In this document: positions 1 through 8,511 of the stretch, in pieces
Position numbering within the stretch: position 1 is the stretch's first letter
Layout: every line of letters begins with the position of its first letter
Assembly: GCA_003645805.1 (NCBI GenBank)
Contig: QNCL01000003.1
Location: forward strand, 1 to 38,660
Direction of reading: 5' to 3'
Length of the DNA: 38,660 nt
Source of the DNA: Candidatus Omnitrophota bacterium
GTDB lineage: Bacteria; Omnitrophota; 4484-213
Translations under genes and position numbers: made by a program
Notes under the pieces: generated by a model
Told to the model about the DNA's origin: nothing
Databases searched by the model: none
The model's input: only the letters and a program-made list of their open reading frames with translations

Positions 1-107
1 CCATTGAGGCGGTAGAAAAGCAAGTAGAGATCGAGGCGAAGGAGATAGGCTCGGATATGCAGATTATTAAAAAAACGCTTGAAGGGTTAAAGGAGATCTG
101 GAGGTAA
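1..107 (+). CDS. 3' end of an unidentified CDS (partial)
   Basis: Frame from position 3 is open (IEAVEKQVEIEAKEIGSDMQIIKKTLEGLKEIWR) to TAA at 105-107, with host-like codon style. Confidence 0.7.
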   Translation, partial: IEAVEKQVEIEAKEIGSDMQIIKKTLEGLKEIWR

Positions 108-110
108 AAG

Positions 111-185
111 ATGCCCAAAGATAGAAACAGAGGGAAGGATAAAGGGGGAAGGAAGAAGAAAAAGAAGGTAAGAAAAAAGAAGTAA
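111..185 (+). CDS. 24-aa Lys/Arg-rich microprotein MPKDRNRGKDKGGRKKKKKVRKKK (not in ORF track)
   Basis: GGAGGT SD at 100-105, ATG 111, TAA 183-185; starts 3 nt after the upstream stop. Confidence 0.6.
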   Translation: MPKDRNRGKDKGGRKKKKKVRKKK

Positions 186-240
186 GGTTTTATCCTGAGT
201 TATCCGCAGTATTGTAAATGATTTTTGTCAATAACCTAAG

Positions 241-249
241 TGGTAGAAT
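241..249 (+). promoter_or_regulatory. Possible extended -10 promoter element (TGgTAGAAT) upstream of trxA
   Basis: Match to TGn-TAnAAT in an AT-rich intergenic gap; no properly spaced -35 seen. Confidence 0.3.
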
Positions 250-299
250 TTTTTATTATTTCTGAGGAGGAAAATGTTAGTGTTTTATTGGAGGGAAAG

Positions 300-626
300 A
301 TGGAAAAGGTAGTAATGGAAGTGAAGGAGGAAGAGTTTGCTCAGAAGGTTCTTGATGCGGAGATACCCTTTTTAGTGGACTTCTGGGCACCGTGGTGTGG
401 TCCTTGTCAGGCGATAAGTCCAGTGATAGAAGAGATTGCTCGAAAGTATCAAGGCAAGATCGGAGTTTGTAAGGTGAATGTAGATGAAGCCCCTCAACTT
501 GCCTCCGAGTATGGAGTAATGAGTATTCCTACGCTGATGCTCTTCAAGGAAGGGAAGGTGGTGGATAAGATAATAGGAGCAGTGAGTAAAGGCACTATAG
601 AGTCAATGCTGGAGTCCGTGCTGTGA
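300..626 (+). CDS. trxA: Thioredoxin
   Basis: VDFWAPWCGPC and SIPTL motifs; start moved to ATG 300 behind a GGAGGG SD. Confidence 0.95.
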   Translation: MEKVVMEVKEEEFAQKVLDAEIPFLVDFWAPWCGPCQAISPVIEEIARKYQGKIGVCKVNVDEAPQLASEYGVMSIPTLMLFKEGKVVDKIIGAVSKGTIESMLESVL

Positions 627-1303
627 TTAAAGAAAGGGTAAAGAAGATACTCTCTCAACTCCCTGCAGATGTAGAGTTGGTTGCTGCGGCAAAGACAAGA
701 GGTGCGCAAGAGATTATTGAAGCAGTGAAGGCAGGAGTGAGGATTATTGGGGAGAACTATGTGCAGGAGACAGAGAGGGTGCAGAGGGAGATTAGAGAGC
801 GCAATCCAGAGATAGCAGATAGAATAGTTTGGCATTTTATTGGACATCTGCAAACAAACAAGGTGAAAAAAGCGATAGAGATGTTTGATATGATAGAGAC
901 TGTGGACTCATTGGAGATTGCCAGGGAGATCGAAAAAAGATGCGCTCACCTGAAAAGGGTAATGCCGATATTAGTGGAGGTAAACAGTGCAAGGGAGAGG
1001 CAGAAGTTTGGTGTTTTCCCCGAGAAGGTAGAGGAACTGGTAAGGAGGTTAGCAGAGTTAAGATATGTAAAAGTGATGGGGTTGATGACAATGGGTCCGC
1101 AGGGAGAAAGTGAGGAGATGCGTCTTTATTTCAGGGATACCAGAAGGATATTTGAGCGAATCAAAAGCAAAGGGATAAGAAATGTAGAGATGCGATACCT
1201 ATCAATGGGAATGAGCAATTCCTATCGGGTCGCTATAGAGGAAGGGGCAAATATCGTGCGTATAGGAACAGGGATATTCGGTGAAAGAAGCACTGCTTTA
1301 TGA
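623..1303 (+). CDS. yggS: PLP homeostasis protein (YggS/PLPBP family)
   Basis: GENYVQE, WHFIGHLQTNK, LSMGMS and VRIGTGIFG motifs. Confidence 0.95.
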   Translation: MIKERVKKILSQLPADVELVAAAKTRGAQEIIEAVKAGVRIIGENYVQETERVQREIRERNPEIADRIVWHFIGHLQTNKVKKAIEMFDMIETVDSLEIAREIEKRCAHLKRVMPILVEVNSARERQKFGVFPEKVEELVRRLAELRYVKVMGLMTMGPQGESEEMRLYFRDTRRIFERIKSKGIRNVEMRYLSMGMSNSYRVAIEEGANIVRIGTGIFGERSTAL

Positions 1304-2285
1304 GAAGTTAGATAACCACCGGGTGCGTTGCCAACTTTGCCACCATTTCTGTCTCATTCAGGAAGGCAAGAGAGGAGTTTGCAGGGTTCGCCAGAATATA
1401 AACGGAGTGCTTTATACCCTGGTCTATGGCAAAGTTATTGCTGCCCATATTGACCCGGTGGAGAAGAAGCCTTTGTTTCATTTCTTTCCCGGTTCTTTTG
1501 CCTATTCTATTGCTACCTTAGGATGCAATTTTCATTGTCAGTGGTGTCAAAACTGGGAGATTTCTCAGGCTTTTCCGGAGAAAGGAGGAGAGAAGATAGG
1601 GGCACAGGAGATCGTTGCCCTTGCTCAGGAAGGAGGATGTAGAAGTATTGCTTATACTTATACAGAGCCTACTATTTTCTTTGAATACAGTTATGATATT
1701 GCTCGTTTAGCCAAGAGAGCGGGTATGAGAAATCTCTATATTAGCAATGGGTATATGAGCAGAAGGATGCTGGAGATGCTCTCTCCTTATCTGGATGCAG
1801 TGAATATTGATCTGAAGTCTTTACGGGAGGAGGTCTATACACATTATATCGGGGGACATCTCCAACCTGTCTTGGAGAATCTGAGGCAGATGCGCAAGAT
1901 GGGGATATGGGTGGAGGTAACCACGCTGATTATCAGCGGGATAAATGATACTTCTGAAGAACTAAGGGAGATTGCCAGGTTTATTGTTAATGAGTTAGGA
2001 GAAGATACGCCCTGGCATCTAAGCCGTTTTTTCCCCGCTTATAAGATGAACAGAGAAATTACACCTCTTTCTTCTCTTGAGCGTGCAAGGGAGATAGGGC
2101 TAGAGTTGGGCTTGCGTTATGTCTATGAAGGGAATATCCCGGATGATGAGGCAGTCAATACATATTGTCCTAATTGCCAGAGGTTGCTTATCCGTCGGCA
2201 GGGGTTTAGCGTGATAGAGAACCTCATCCATAGAAGCGAGTGTCCTTACTGTCATTTTAAGATTGCAGGAGTGGGTTTAGGATGA
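1281..2285 (+). CDS. amrS: AmmeMemoRadiSam system radical SAM enzyme
   Basis: N-terminal CxxCxxxC..CxxR, DPVEKKPLFHF, radical SAM motif CNFHCQWCQN, YTYTEP, C-terminal Zn ribbon. Confidence 0.9.
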   Translation: MKEALLYEKLDNHRVRCQLCHHFCLIQEGKRGVCRVRQNINGVLYTLVYGKVIAAHIDPVEKKPLFHFFPGSFAYSIATLGCNFHCQWCQNWEISQAFPEKGGEKIGAQEIVALAQEGGCRSIAYTYTEPTIFFEYSYDIARLAKRAGMRNLYISNGYMSRRMLEMLSPYLDAVNIDLKSLREEVYTHYIGGHLQPVLENLRQMRKMGIWVEVTTLIISGINDTSEELREIARFIVNELGEDTPWHLSRFFPAYKMNREITPLSSLERAREIGLELGLRYVYEGNIPDDEAVNTYCPNCQRLLIRRQGFSVIENLIHRSECPYCHFKIAGVGLG

Positions 2286-3211
2286 GTGCCACTTATGAAC
2301 TGATTATTATTGGAGCAGGACCAGCAGGGTTAACTGCGGGAATATATGCTAAACGCGCAGGGTTAGATGTGCTTGTTATAGAGGATCCCTCTCTACCTTC
2401 ACAGGCTTTAAGTGCTACTCAGATAGAAAACTATCCTGGTTTTCCTCAGGGAATTAGTGGAAGAGAACTAATAGAGAGATTTAGGAAACAAGCAGAGGGA
2501 ATAGGAGTGGAGTTTAAAAAAGGGAAGGTATATAACCTTACTCTCCTTTCTTCGCAGAGATGGGAGGTAGAGAGTGAGGAGGGAAAAGCGAGAGGGATTG
2601 CCTTGATTATTGCCAGTGGAGCACATCCTAAGGAATTAGGAGTAAAGGGAGAGAGAGAGTTGAAGGGAAAAGGAGTTTCTTATTGCGCGATCTGTGATGG
2701 TAATTTTTTTAGGGAACAGGAGATAGTAGTAGTAGGAGGAGGAAATAGTGCTTTAGAGGCAAGTCTGTTTCTCTCCAAGATAGTTAAGAAGATTGTTTTA
2801 GTGCATCGGAGAGATGAACTGAGAGGAGTAAAGGTCTTGCAGAAGAGGGTATTTGCTAATAGGAAGATAAGCGTGTGCTGGAATTCTATAGTGGAGGAGA
2901 TCTTAGGCGAAGATAGGGTAGAGGGAGTGAGGGTGTTTAATCTCAGGAGTGGAGAAAAGCAAATAATCCCTTGCGCCGGGGTATTTATTCAGGTGGGTTC
3001 GGTTCCCAATACAGAGTTCGTAAAGGATGTGGTAGAGCGCGATAAGGAAGGATATATTATTACCGATGAGAAGATGTGCGCCTCCAGAGAGGGTATCTTT
3101 GCTTCCGGGGATTGTCGAAGCACCGCTTTAAGGCAGGTAATTACTGCCTGTGGAGATGGGGCGCTTGCGGTTGTTTCGGCTCAGCAGTATATACACCAAC
3201 AAAGGAGTTGA
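2282..3211 (+). CDS. trxB: Thioredoxin-disulfide reductase
   Basis: GAGPAG, ENYPG, GVSYCAICDG, GGGNSA, HRRD and GIFASGD motifs. Confidence 0.95.
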   Translation: MSATYELIIIGAGPAGLTAGIYAKRAGLDVLVIEDPSLPSQALSATQIENYPGFPQGISGRELIERFRKQAEGIGVEFKKGKVYNLTLLSSQRWEVESEEGKARGIALIIASGAHPKELGVKGERELKGKGVSYCAICDGNFFREQEIVVVGGGNSALEASLFLSKIVKKIVLVHRRDELRGVKVLQKRVFANRKISVCWNSIVEEILGEDRVEGVRVFNLRSGEKQIIPCAGVFIQVGSVPNTEFVKDVVERDKEGYIITDEKMCASREGIFASGDCRSTALRQVITACGDGALAVVSAQQYIHQQRS

Positions 3212-3219
3212 ATAAAACA

Positions 3220-4482
3220 ATGACCCAGTTAGAGAAGGCTAAGAAGGGGGAGATAAGTGCTCAGATGCGCTGGGTAGCCCAGCAAGAGGGTGTTCCTCTT
3301 CAAAGACTGATGAAAGACATTGCTCAAGGCTGGACGGTCATCCCTGCTAACAGAAAACATTCACATATAAAGCCCATAGGAATTGGAAGAGGGCTAACAG
3401 TAAAGATAAATGCGAATATTGGTGCGTCTCCTTCAAATCTGAGTTTAGAAACAGAACTGAAAAAACTCAAGATAGCCATAGAGGCAAAGGCAGATACGAT
3501 AATGGACTTGAGCATTGCTCCTGATAAAGAGGATATTGATAGAATAAGAAGGACGATAATAGAGAGATGTTCTCTCCCTTTAGGCACAGTGCCTATATAC
3601 CAGGCAGTAGTTGAGGCAGGCGGAGCAGAGAGACTAAATATCCAGACCTATCTTAAGGTGCTCAGAAAGCACGCCGAGGAAGGAGTAGATTTTGTTACTG
3701 TGCATGCGGGGGTGAAAAGAAAGGCTCTGGAGTTGGTAGAAAGCAGATTGATGCCTGTGGTCTCGCGCGGAGGTTCGTTCCTTCTTTATTGGATGAAAAA
3801 AAACAGAAAAGAGAATTTCCTTTATGAGTATTTCAATGAGATTTTAGATATTGCCTATGAGTTTGATATGACTATTAGTTTGGGTGATGGGTTAAGGCCA
3901 GGGTGTATTGCAGATTCTACCGATAATGCCCAGTTGTATGAACTGAAAGTACTTGCAGAACTTGCTCAAAGAGCAAGAGAAAGAGGGGTGCAGGTGATTA
4001 TCGAGGGACCCGGACATATTCCCTTAAATGAGATAAAGAAGAATGTGGAGTTGGAGAAAGAGATATGTAAAGGCGCGCCGTTTTATGTCTTAGGACCTCT
4101 ACCTATTGATACTGCAGTAGGTTATGACCATATTGCCTGTGCAATAGGAGGAGCGTTAGCCGGCTACTGGGGAGCGGATTTCCTTTGCTATGTAACCCCA
4201 AAGGAACATATTGGTCTGCCAGAGATTGAGGATGTGCGCGAGGGAGTGGTGATAACTAAGATCGCCGCTGAGATTGCTGATCTTGCTCGTGGAGATAGAA
4301 GACAGAAAGAAAGAAATAAACAGATGTCTCTTGCACGCAAGAGTTTTGACTGGAAAAAGATGGCGGAGTATGCCATAGATAAACGAGGTTTTGAGCAAAT
4401 TCTCTCCTCTTCTCCTCGCCCAAAGGAGGGGGGATGTTCGATGTGTGGCAAGGAGTTCTGTGCACTTAAGGTTTACTCCTGA
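3220..4482 (+). CDS. thiC: Phosphomethylpyrimidine synthase (ThiC family; Bza paralog not excluded)
   Basis: KINANIG, GTVPIYQ, SRGGS, SLGDGLRPG, EGPGH and C-terminal CSMCGxxxC; start moved to ATG 3220 (MTQLEKAKKG). Confidence 0.9.
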   Translation: MTQLEKAKKGEISAQMRWVAQQEGVPLQRLMKDIAQGWTVIPANRKHSHIKPIGIGRGLTVKINANIGASPSNLSLETELKKLKIAIEAKADTIMDLSIAPDKEDIDRIRRTIIERCSLPLGTVPIYQAVVEAGGAERLNIQTYLKVLRKHAEEGVDFVTVHAGVKRKALELVESRLMPVVSRGGSFLLYWMKKNRKENFLYEYFNEILDIAYEFDMTISLGDGLRPGCIADSTDNAQLYELKVLAELAQRARERGVQVIIEGPGHIPLNEIKKNVELEKEICKGAPFYVLGPLPIDTAVGYDHIACAIGGALAGYWGADFLCYVTPKEHIGLPEIEDVREGVVITKIAAEIADLARGDRRQKERNKQMSLARKSFDWKKMAEYAIDKRGFEQILSSSPRPKEGGCSMCGKEFCALKVYS

Positions 4483-4494
4483 GGAGATGAACCG

Positions 4495-5049
4495 ATGGTA
4501 AAGTCGGATAAGTGGATTAGAAAGATGGCAAGGGAATTTGGGTTGATAGAGCCTTTTAATGAAAAACTGATAAGCAAAGGGAGGATTTCCTATGGTCTTT
4601 CTTCCTATGGTTATGATATTCGTCTGGATAATCGGTTTAAGATGTTCATCCCGCAGAATGAGGAGAGCCTTGATCCTAAAAAGATCAAACATAGTTTATT
4701 TCGGGATGTTGTTGCCCAGGTTTGCCTTATTCCTCCTCATTCCTTTTTGTTAGCCCGTTCAATGGAGTATATTCGAATCCCCCGCAATATTCTTGGACTT
4801 TGTGTAGGCAAATCTACTTATACCCGTTGTGGAATAATTGTCAATGTCACCCCTTTAGAGCCAATGTGGGAGGGTTATTTGACCATAGAGATTTCCAACA
4901 ATAGTTCTCTTCCTGCAAAACTCTATGCGGGAGAGGGGATTGCTCAGATTATCTTCCTGGAGGCAAATGAACCTTGTGAGGTTTCTTATGCAGATAGAGA
5001 AGGGAAATATCATCAGCAGAAGGAGATAACCATAGCAAAGGTTAAATAG
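4495..5049 (+). CDS. dcd: dCTP deaminase
   Basis: ISYGLSSYGYDIR, GKSTYTRCG, TPLEPxWEG and YxGEGIAQ motifs. Confidence 0.95.
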   Translation: MVKSDKWIRKMAREFGLIEPFNEKLISKGRISYGLSSYGYDIRLDNRFKMFIPQNEESLDPKKIKHSLFRDVVAQVCLIPPHSFLLARSMEYIRIPRNILGLCVGKSTYTRCGIIVNVTPLEPMWEGYLTIEISNNSSLPAKLYAGEGIAQIIFLEANEPCEVSYADREGKYHQQKEITIAKVK

Positions 5050-5051
5050 CA

Positions 5052-6626
5052 ATGGAAGGGAAGGCAAAGAAGAACTATCTGGTTTTTGCTCGCAAGTATC
5101 GCCCTCAGCGTTTTGAGGAGATCATCGGGCAGGAGCATATTGCCCGGAGTCTAAGAAATGCTATCTCAAACAGGCGAATTGCTCACGCTTACCTCTTTGC
5201 CGGTGCGCGGGGAATAGGAAAGACAAGCACAGCGCGGATATTAGCCAAAGCCTTAAACTGCCTTAATGGTCCTACCCCTGATCCCTGCCAGAAGTGTGTT
5301 TTTTGTCGCGAGATAACCCAAGGGATTAGTATGGATGTGATAGAGATTGATGCTGCCTCCAATCGTGGAATTGAGGAGATTCGCAGTTTGCGAGAGAATG
5401 TGAAGTTTGCCCCCGCGCAAGGAAGGTTTAAGATATATATCGTGGATGAGGTGCATATGCTTACCCCTGAGGCTTTCAATGCTCTGCTGAAGACCTTAGA
5501 GGAGCCTCCGGGGCATATAAAATTTATCTTTGCCACCACCCAGCCCGAGAGGATTCCCACCACCATTCTCTCTCGTTGTCAGCGATTTGATTTCCGAAGG
5601 ATAAGCACACAGAAGATAGTAGAGCAATTGGAGAGAATTAGCAGAGAAGAAAAGGTAGAGGTGGAAGAAGGGGCTTTGTTTGCCATTGCCAGATTTGCTG
5701 AAGGAAGTATGCGTGATGCGGAATCTATCCTGGATCAAGTTGTTAGTTTCGGTGAAGGGAAGATAAAGGAGGAGGATGTTCACCTTCTTTTAGGGACGAT
5801 AGGGCAGGATTGCTTATTTGAATTTACTCAAACAATCGTGGAAAAAGAAATAGAGAAGGGGTTGAGTATTTTGGATAGGATAATAAAAGAAGGGAAGGAA
5901 ATAGAGCAATTTATGAAGGAACTTAGCGAGCACTTTCGTAATCTGATAATTGCCAAGGAGGGATTGTTTAATCTGATAGAACTTTCTGAGGAGAGAAAGA
6001 GCGGTATTGTTGAGCAAAGCAAAAGGTTTAGTTTAAGCGAACTCTTCTACATCTTAACTGCTATTAGCCATACCCGACAGATGATACGAACTTGCCTGGA
6101 TAAAAGGGTGTGGCTGGAGTTTTTCTTTCTTAAGATGGTAAACAGGGATAGTTTTCTCTCTTTAGAAGAGATCTTGAAGAGGCTCAGAACTCTGAAAGGA
6201 GAGGAGGGGGCAGGAGGAGATAAAGAGAAGGTGAGTGAGGAAAAAGAAAGGGAGGTAAAGAAGGATGAGATAAAGAAAGATAAGGATTGCTTTTTAGGAG
6301 AGTTAAAAGAGATATGGAAAGAGTGCGTGGAGGATGTGGGGAAGGAAAGGATGTCTCTGGCTACCTTTTTGGAAAAAGGAAAACTACTTTCTGTGGAGGG
6401 GAGTAAAGCAAAGATTGGTTTTCCCGCAGATTTCTCCTTCTATTACCAGAATCTGCAAAGAGAAGAGAATAGGCGAATAGTGGAGAAGGTAATAAGTAGG
6501 AGGTTGAACAGAGAGGCAAAGGTAGAGTTCCTGTTGATGGAAGAGAAGGAATCAAGTAAGAGCGAATCTCTGCCTTCCTCAGTAAAGAAGGCGATGGAGA
6601 TATTTGGAGGCAAGATACTGAAATAG
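5052..6626 (+). CDS. dnaX: DNA polymerase III subunit gamma/tau
   Basis: ARKYRP, GxRGxGKTS, EIDAASN, DEVHML, LLKTLEEPP and SRC motifs. Confidence 0.97.
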   Translation: MEGKAKKNYLVFARKYRPQRFEEIIGQEHIARSLRNAISNRRIAHAYLFAGARGIGKTSTARILAKALNCLNGPTPDPCQKCVFCREITQGISMDVIEIDAASNRGIEEIRSLRENVKFAPAQGRFKIYIVDEVHMLTPEAFNALLKTLEEPPGHIKFIFATTQPERIPTTILSRCQRFDFRRISTQKIVEQLERISREEKVEVEEGALFAIARFAEGSMRDAESILDQVVSFGEGKIKEEDVHLLLGTIGQDCLFEFTQTIVEKEIEKGLSILDRIIKEGKEIEQFMKELSEHFRNLIIAKEGLFNLIELSEERKSGIVEQSKRFSLSELFYILTAISHTRQMIRTCLDKRVWLEFFFLKMVNRDSFLSLEEILKRLRTLKGEEGAGGDKEKVSEEKEREVKKDEIKKDKDCFLGELKEIWKECVEDVGKERMSLATFLEKGKLLSVEGSKAKIGFPADFSFYYQNLQREENRRIVEKVISRRLNREAKVEFLLMEEKESSKSESLPSSVKKAMEIFGGKILK

Positions 6627-6628
6627 CA

Positions 6629-7222
6629 ATGTATCCTCAACCTTTAGAAAACCTGATTACAGAACTGAAAAAGATGCCAGGGGTGGGGAGACGTTCTGCA
6701 GAGAGGATAGCCTTTTATATCCTTAAGATGCCTCCTGAGGAAATGCTTAAGTTAATCTCCTCTATCCAGAGAGCAAAGAAGGGTTTATTTTACTGCCGTA
6801 TATGCAATAGCCTTTCCGAGAAAGAGGTGTGTTCTATTTGTGATAATCCCAATCGTTCTTCTACAACCGTCTGTATAGTAGAGAACCCACAGGATATGGA
6901 AGCAATAGAGAGGACCGGAGTATATAAAGGACTTTACTATGTCTTAGGAGGAGCAATCTCTCCCCTTAAAGGAATTACCCCTCAGGATTTGAAGATAGAA
7001 AAACTCTTTTCCCTTCTGCGTTCAGGAAAGGTAAGGGAGGTGATTATTGCTACCAATTTTACTCCTGAGGGTGAGAACACCGCTCTTTTTCTTAATCAGA
7101 GGATAAGGGAACTAAATCTCAGGATAAAGATTACTCGACTATCTTTAGGTATCCCCTTAGGAAGCAGTTTAGAATATCTGGATGAAACAACCGTTGCTAA
7201 AGCAATAGAATTGCGTAGATGA
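6629..7222 (+). CDS. recR: Recombination mediator RecR
   Basis: PGVGRRSAER, C4 zinc finger, TOPRIM (CIVE, IIATN..EGE); follows dnaX. Confidence 0.96.
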   Translation: MYPQPLENLITELKKMPGVGRRSAERIAFYILKMPPEEMLKLISSIQRAKKGLFYCRICNSLSEKEVCSICDNPNRSSTTVCIVENPQDMEAIERTGVYKGLYYVLGGAISPLKGITPQDLKIEKLFSLLRSGKVREVIIATNFTPEGENTALFLNQRIRELNLRIKITRLSLGIPLGSSLEYLDETTVAKAIELRR

Positions 7223-7251
7223 GAAAAAGGATTTATACTTACTTCACCCAT

Positions 7252-7273
7252 ATTTCCACCCCAGGGGTGGAAA
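7252..7273. repeat. 22-bp direct repeat copy 1, containing perfect palindrome TTTCCACCCC-A-GGGGTGGAAA
   Basis: ATTTCCACCCCAGGGGTGGAAA is identical to 8398-8419. Confidence 0.95.
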
Positions 7274-7368
7274 ATTAGAAAATTAAACCAACAAATTTTT
7301 GCTTGACAAAAAGGGAGCGGTACAGAGGCGTGGTTGGTAATCCGTAATATCGCGTTAATATAAGTAAA

Positions 7369-8448
7369 GTGAAAATCCTCGTTACCCGGATGGGAAACAT
7401 TGGAGACATGCTTTTTATTACCCCTCTTCTTGCGGCTATCAAGGCGATTATCCCTCAGAGCCAAATATATATCCTTTCCCCGAAATATAGTAAGGAAGTA
7501 CTGGAGGGGAATCCAGATGTAGATTATCTGTTTACTTTCTACACCAAGACAAAAAGGCTCAGGAATAAGGTGCACAATATGTTGCTTTTCAACCGACTGA
7601 AGAAGATTTATTTTGACCTCCTGTTTTGTTTGGATATGGATGAAAATGTCATATCTTTTCTGAGAAGGCTACCACGGGTAAAGACTTGGGTAGGATTTCG
7701 TAAGCCTGCGAATGTAATGAGAGCATTGAAAGGAGATATGCACGCGGCGGATAACTATCTCTTTCTTTTGAAAGAACTTTTTCCATCGATCAATATTGAA
7801 CCGCACAGGAAAAGGTTTTCTTTCTTTGTGCCTCAGCGGCAAAAGGAAAAGACCAAATTGTTTTTGGTTCGACATAGATTATCTGATCCTGTTTTAATCT
7901 GTCCCTGTACAAGCGAGTTCAAACCCTCGAGGTTATGGCCTACTAAAAATTGGATTTCTTTTATCCAACGCTTACTTAAAGAGACAAATATTCCTGTCAT
8001 TGTCGTATCCAAGAGTAAGAAAGAGAAACCCATCCCCGAACTTTATAGATGTTTTCGCAAAAGGGTCTATTTTTGGTATGGTAAATCCCTTACAGAGACG
8101 GTCGCTCTTATGGCTCTGGCAAAGGCTATTGTCTGTTTGGATAGTGGAACTCTTCATCTTGCGACGGCTGTTTCCACTGGGAAGGTTATTTCTCTTTTTG
8201 GTCCCTCAAACTCTGTCCATACCGGGCCGTATCCTGAGGATGTTTCCCAATGGAAAGTGGTTCGCGACCTCTCTTGTCAGATAGGACCATGCAACACTTT
8301 CCCAAGGGAAAAGATTCCTCAAGAGTGTCTTTATGCAGAATTCACACCTTGTATGGAACGGATAAGTGTGGAGAGTGTATGGAGGGCTTTGCTGGGCATT
8401 TCCACCCCAGGGGTGGAAAGTTCGCCTTTGGAAAAAGAGAGGGGCTAA
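7369..8448 (+). CDS. Glycosyltransferase family 9 (heptosyltransferase-like)
   Basis: MKILVTRMGNIGDML, DSGTLHLA, LFGPS and C-terminal Cys cluster CQIGPC..C..CM; GTG start without obvious SD. Confidence 0.9.
   Translation: MKILVTRMGNIGDMLFITPLLAAIKAIIPQSQIYILSPKYSKEVLEGNPDVDYLFTFYTKTKRLRNKVHNMLLFNRLKKIYFDLLFCLDMDENVISFLRRLPRVKTWVGFRKPANVMRALKGDMHAADNYLFLLKELFPSINIEPHRKRFSFFVPQRQKEKTKLFLVRHRLSDPVLICPCTSEFKPSRLWPTKNWISFIQRLLKETNIPVIVVSKSKKEKPIPELYRCFRKRVYFWYGKSLTETVALMALAKAIVCLDSGTLHLATAVSTGKVISLFGPSNSVHTGPYPEDVSQWKVVRDLSCQIGPCNTFPREKIPQECLYAEFTPCMERISVESVWRALLGISTPGVESSPLEKERG
8398..8419. repeat. 22-bp direct repeat copy 2 (inside the GT9 3' end, encodes ISTPGVE)
   Basis: Identical to 7252-7273. 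Confidence 0.95.
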
Positions 8449-8466
8449 CATAAGGTAGAAGGAAAA

Positions 8467-8494
8467 TTGACTTTTTTAGAAAACTTGCTATTAT
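8467..8494 (+). promoter_or_regulatory. Putative sigma70 promoter TTGACT-N16-TATTAT with TGn extension
   Basis: Near-consensus hexamers upstream of a GGGAGG SD and ATG 8512. Confidence 0.55.
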
Positions 8495-8511
8495 ATTAGA
8501 AAAATGGGAGG

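Noticed and set aside
200-208. DnaA-box-like TTATCCGCA
   Set aside because: Single one-mismatch copy, no cluster
6230-6260. dnaX programmed frameshift site
   Set aside because: The run is A5G rather than A AAA AAG, and no stimulatory hairpin is seen
7303-7330. TTGACA promoter for the GT9 cassette
   Set aside because: Perfect -35 but no acceptable -10 at 16-18 nt spacing
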